Below are positions 62,681 to 64,000 of a stretch of 64,000 nt of DNA, in pieces. The stretch spans positions 1,488,001-1,552,000 of the forward strand of contig MU058718.1 of assembly GCA_013265495.1 (NCBI GenBank), written 5' to 3'. The stretch comes from Vicugna vicugna (lineage: Eukaryota). A model generated the notes under the pieces. The model did not search any database, was not told the origin of the DNA, and was given only the letters and a program-made list of their open reading frames with translations. The translations under genes were made by a program, and so were the position numbers. Each line of letters opens with the position of its first letter. The first letter of the stretch is position 1.

Positions 62681-64000
62681 ATGGCCTAAGGCAGGAAAGT
62701 CTCTTGTGCAGTTTGGGTTGGCGTGGGGAACGATGCAATGTCCTGAATAGCAGAGAGCTGTCTGTATGGCATCAGCAGATTACCATTTTCAAAGAAGTGA
62801 AAAATGAACTACCTGTAGTTGTGAAAACCCCTCCATGACCATAGTTTGTCTTTGAGAATTCAGATGTCACCTCAGAATTAAGTGTGATCTACAGGTTGTT
62901 GTCATGAAAACTAGCTCTCGTTGTATTTTTCCTGGGAATTTGTCAGTTAAGAAATCACTTTGTCTTATAATGAGGAACAATTTGGGATAATGTAGAGGAC
63001 ATAATTAACGTGCTTCTTTATCCCACCCCGACTCCTGCACACATATACTCGGCCTTGAACTGCACTCTCTCCATCGCCCCTAGTGCGGGATTGGTCTGAG
63101 GTCCACGTCAGTATCACAAAATCCAGGAGCCCTCTGGCCACAGTTTGTAGGATGAGGAAAATTCATTGATCTAACACTGAGCTTATCAATAATTTTGGAT
63201 GAACGAGTAAGTCTTATGACTTTGAACTAACTGAAATGGAATTACGGTGAGTCCCAGAGGTGGCGCCAGGGCCAGACAGAGCTAATGTCAGGAGAACGCA
63301 GAAATTAAGAAGCTATAGAAGATCCTGATCTGCAAAAAAGGAAGAGAGATTACAACCACCAATCCAACAGCTATGAGTACACGCATCAGCCAAGCCGAAG
63401 CCTTACTGGGAAGAACCTGGACCTAAATTCTTCTCCTGACTCCCCTCCCACTGTATAAGAAATAAAGTTGATCAGACATTCTGCCTCAAAGACAAGCATC
63501 CACCCCCGGTTAAGTGGACACACTTACATTCCTGTTTCCTCCAGTTCTCCAGAGCTCGTTTCAGCCAAGCACCATGTGCCATTTTTAAGGGAAAACAGAA
63601 CATTCTGCGCCTCTACCGCTCTTTACTCATTAGAAATAAGTTTCGATAATTACTCTCAAGGAGATGGGTAGGGAATGGAGGGACATAGGGCATTGGGACA
63701 TTTATTGGGGAGTCAATTCCAGCACCCAAAGGGTCAACTAGAGTGTGGATGACAGACATCTCCTGATGGTACTGGAAGTCAAAGCTACAAAGGGTCTAAA
63801 CATAATGTAACTCAGATATATAATTTGATAATATTTTTAACAATCACAGAGCCTTCTTGCTTGAGTACATTGAAGATACTCTAAATATGTTTCAAACAGA
63901 ATCAAATTGCCTTGGTGGAAGTCAGCAAGCTGGAGGAAATGATATGGGAGGAAATCAAAAAAGAGAGCTTTTGTGATGGTCGGGAATCACTTTCTTAGCA

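Noticed and set aside
1..64000. Prokaryotic-style systems (operons, CRISPR arrays, defence islands, IS elements)
   Set aside because: The sequence is mammalian and repeat-rich. It has no regularly spaced repeat-spacer array and no long ORF; the longest is 171 aa.

Overview
This window is mammalian genomic DNA, not prokaryotic. It is most likely from a camelid, based on a Vic-1-type tRNA-derived SINE at ~12 kb and camelid-type L1 3' ends. It reads as intergenic or deep intronic sequence full of old and young interspersed repeats (L1, L2, MIR, MaLR/ERVL/ERV1 solo LTRs, hAT MER elements). I found no intact protein-coding gene, RNA gene or CRISPR array; nearly all listed ORFs are chance frames or L1 ORF2 remnants. 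The one recognisable gene-derived sequence is a decayed RPS3A processed pseudogene (minus strand, ~8165-9602), split by a ~614-bp solo LTR. Other points of interest are a 35-bp near-perfect inverted repeat at 4937-5036, several nested insertions with visible target-site duplications (TSDs), a CpG-retaining patch at ~7.4-7.75 kb beside plausible minus-strand splice and polyA signals, and a 523-bp duplication flanking a 179-N gap that is probably an assembly artefact. I found no convincing novel biological system. Repeat family names come from recalled consensus similarity, not from a search. Boundaries without TSD support are approximate.
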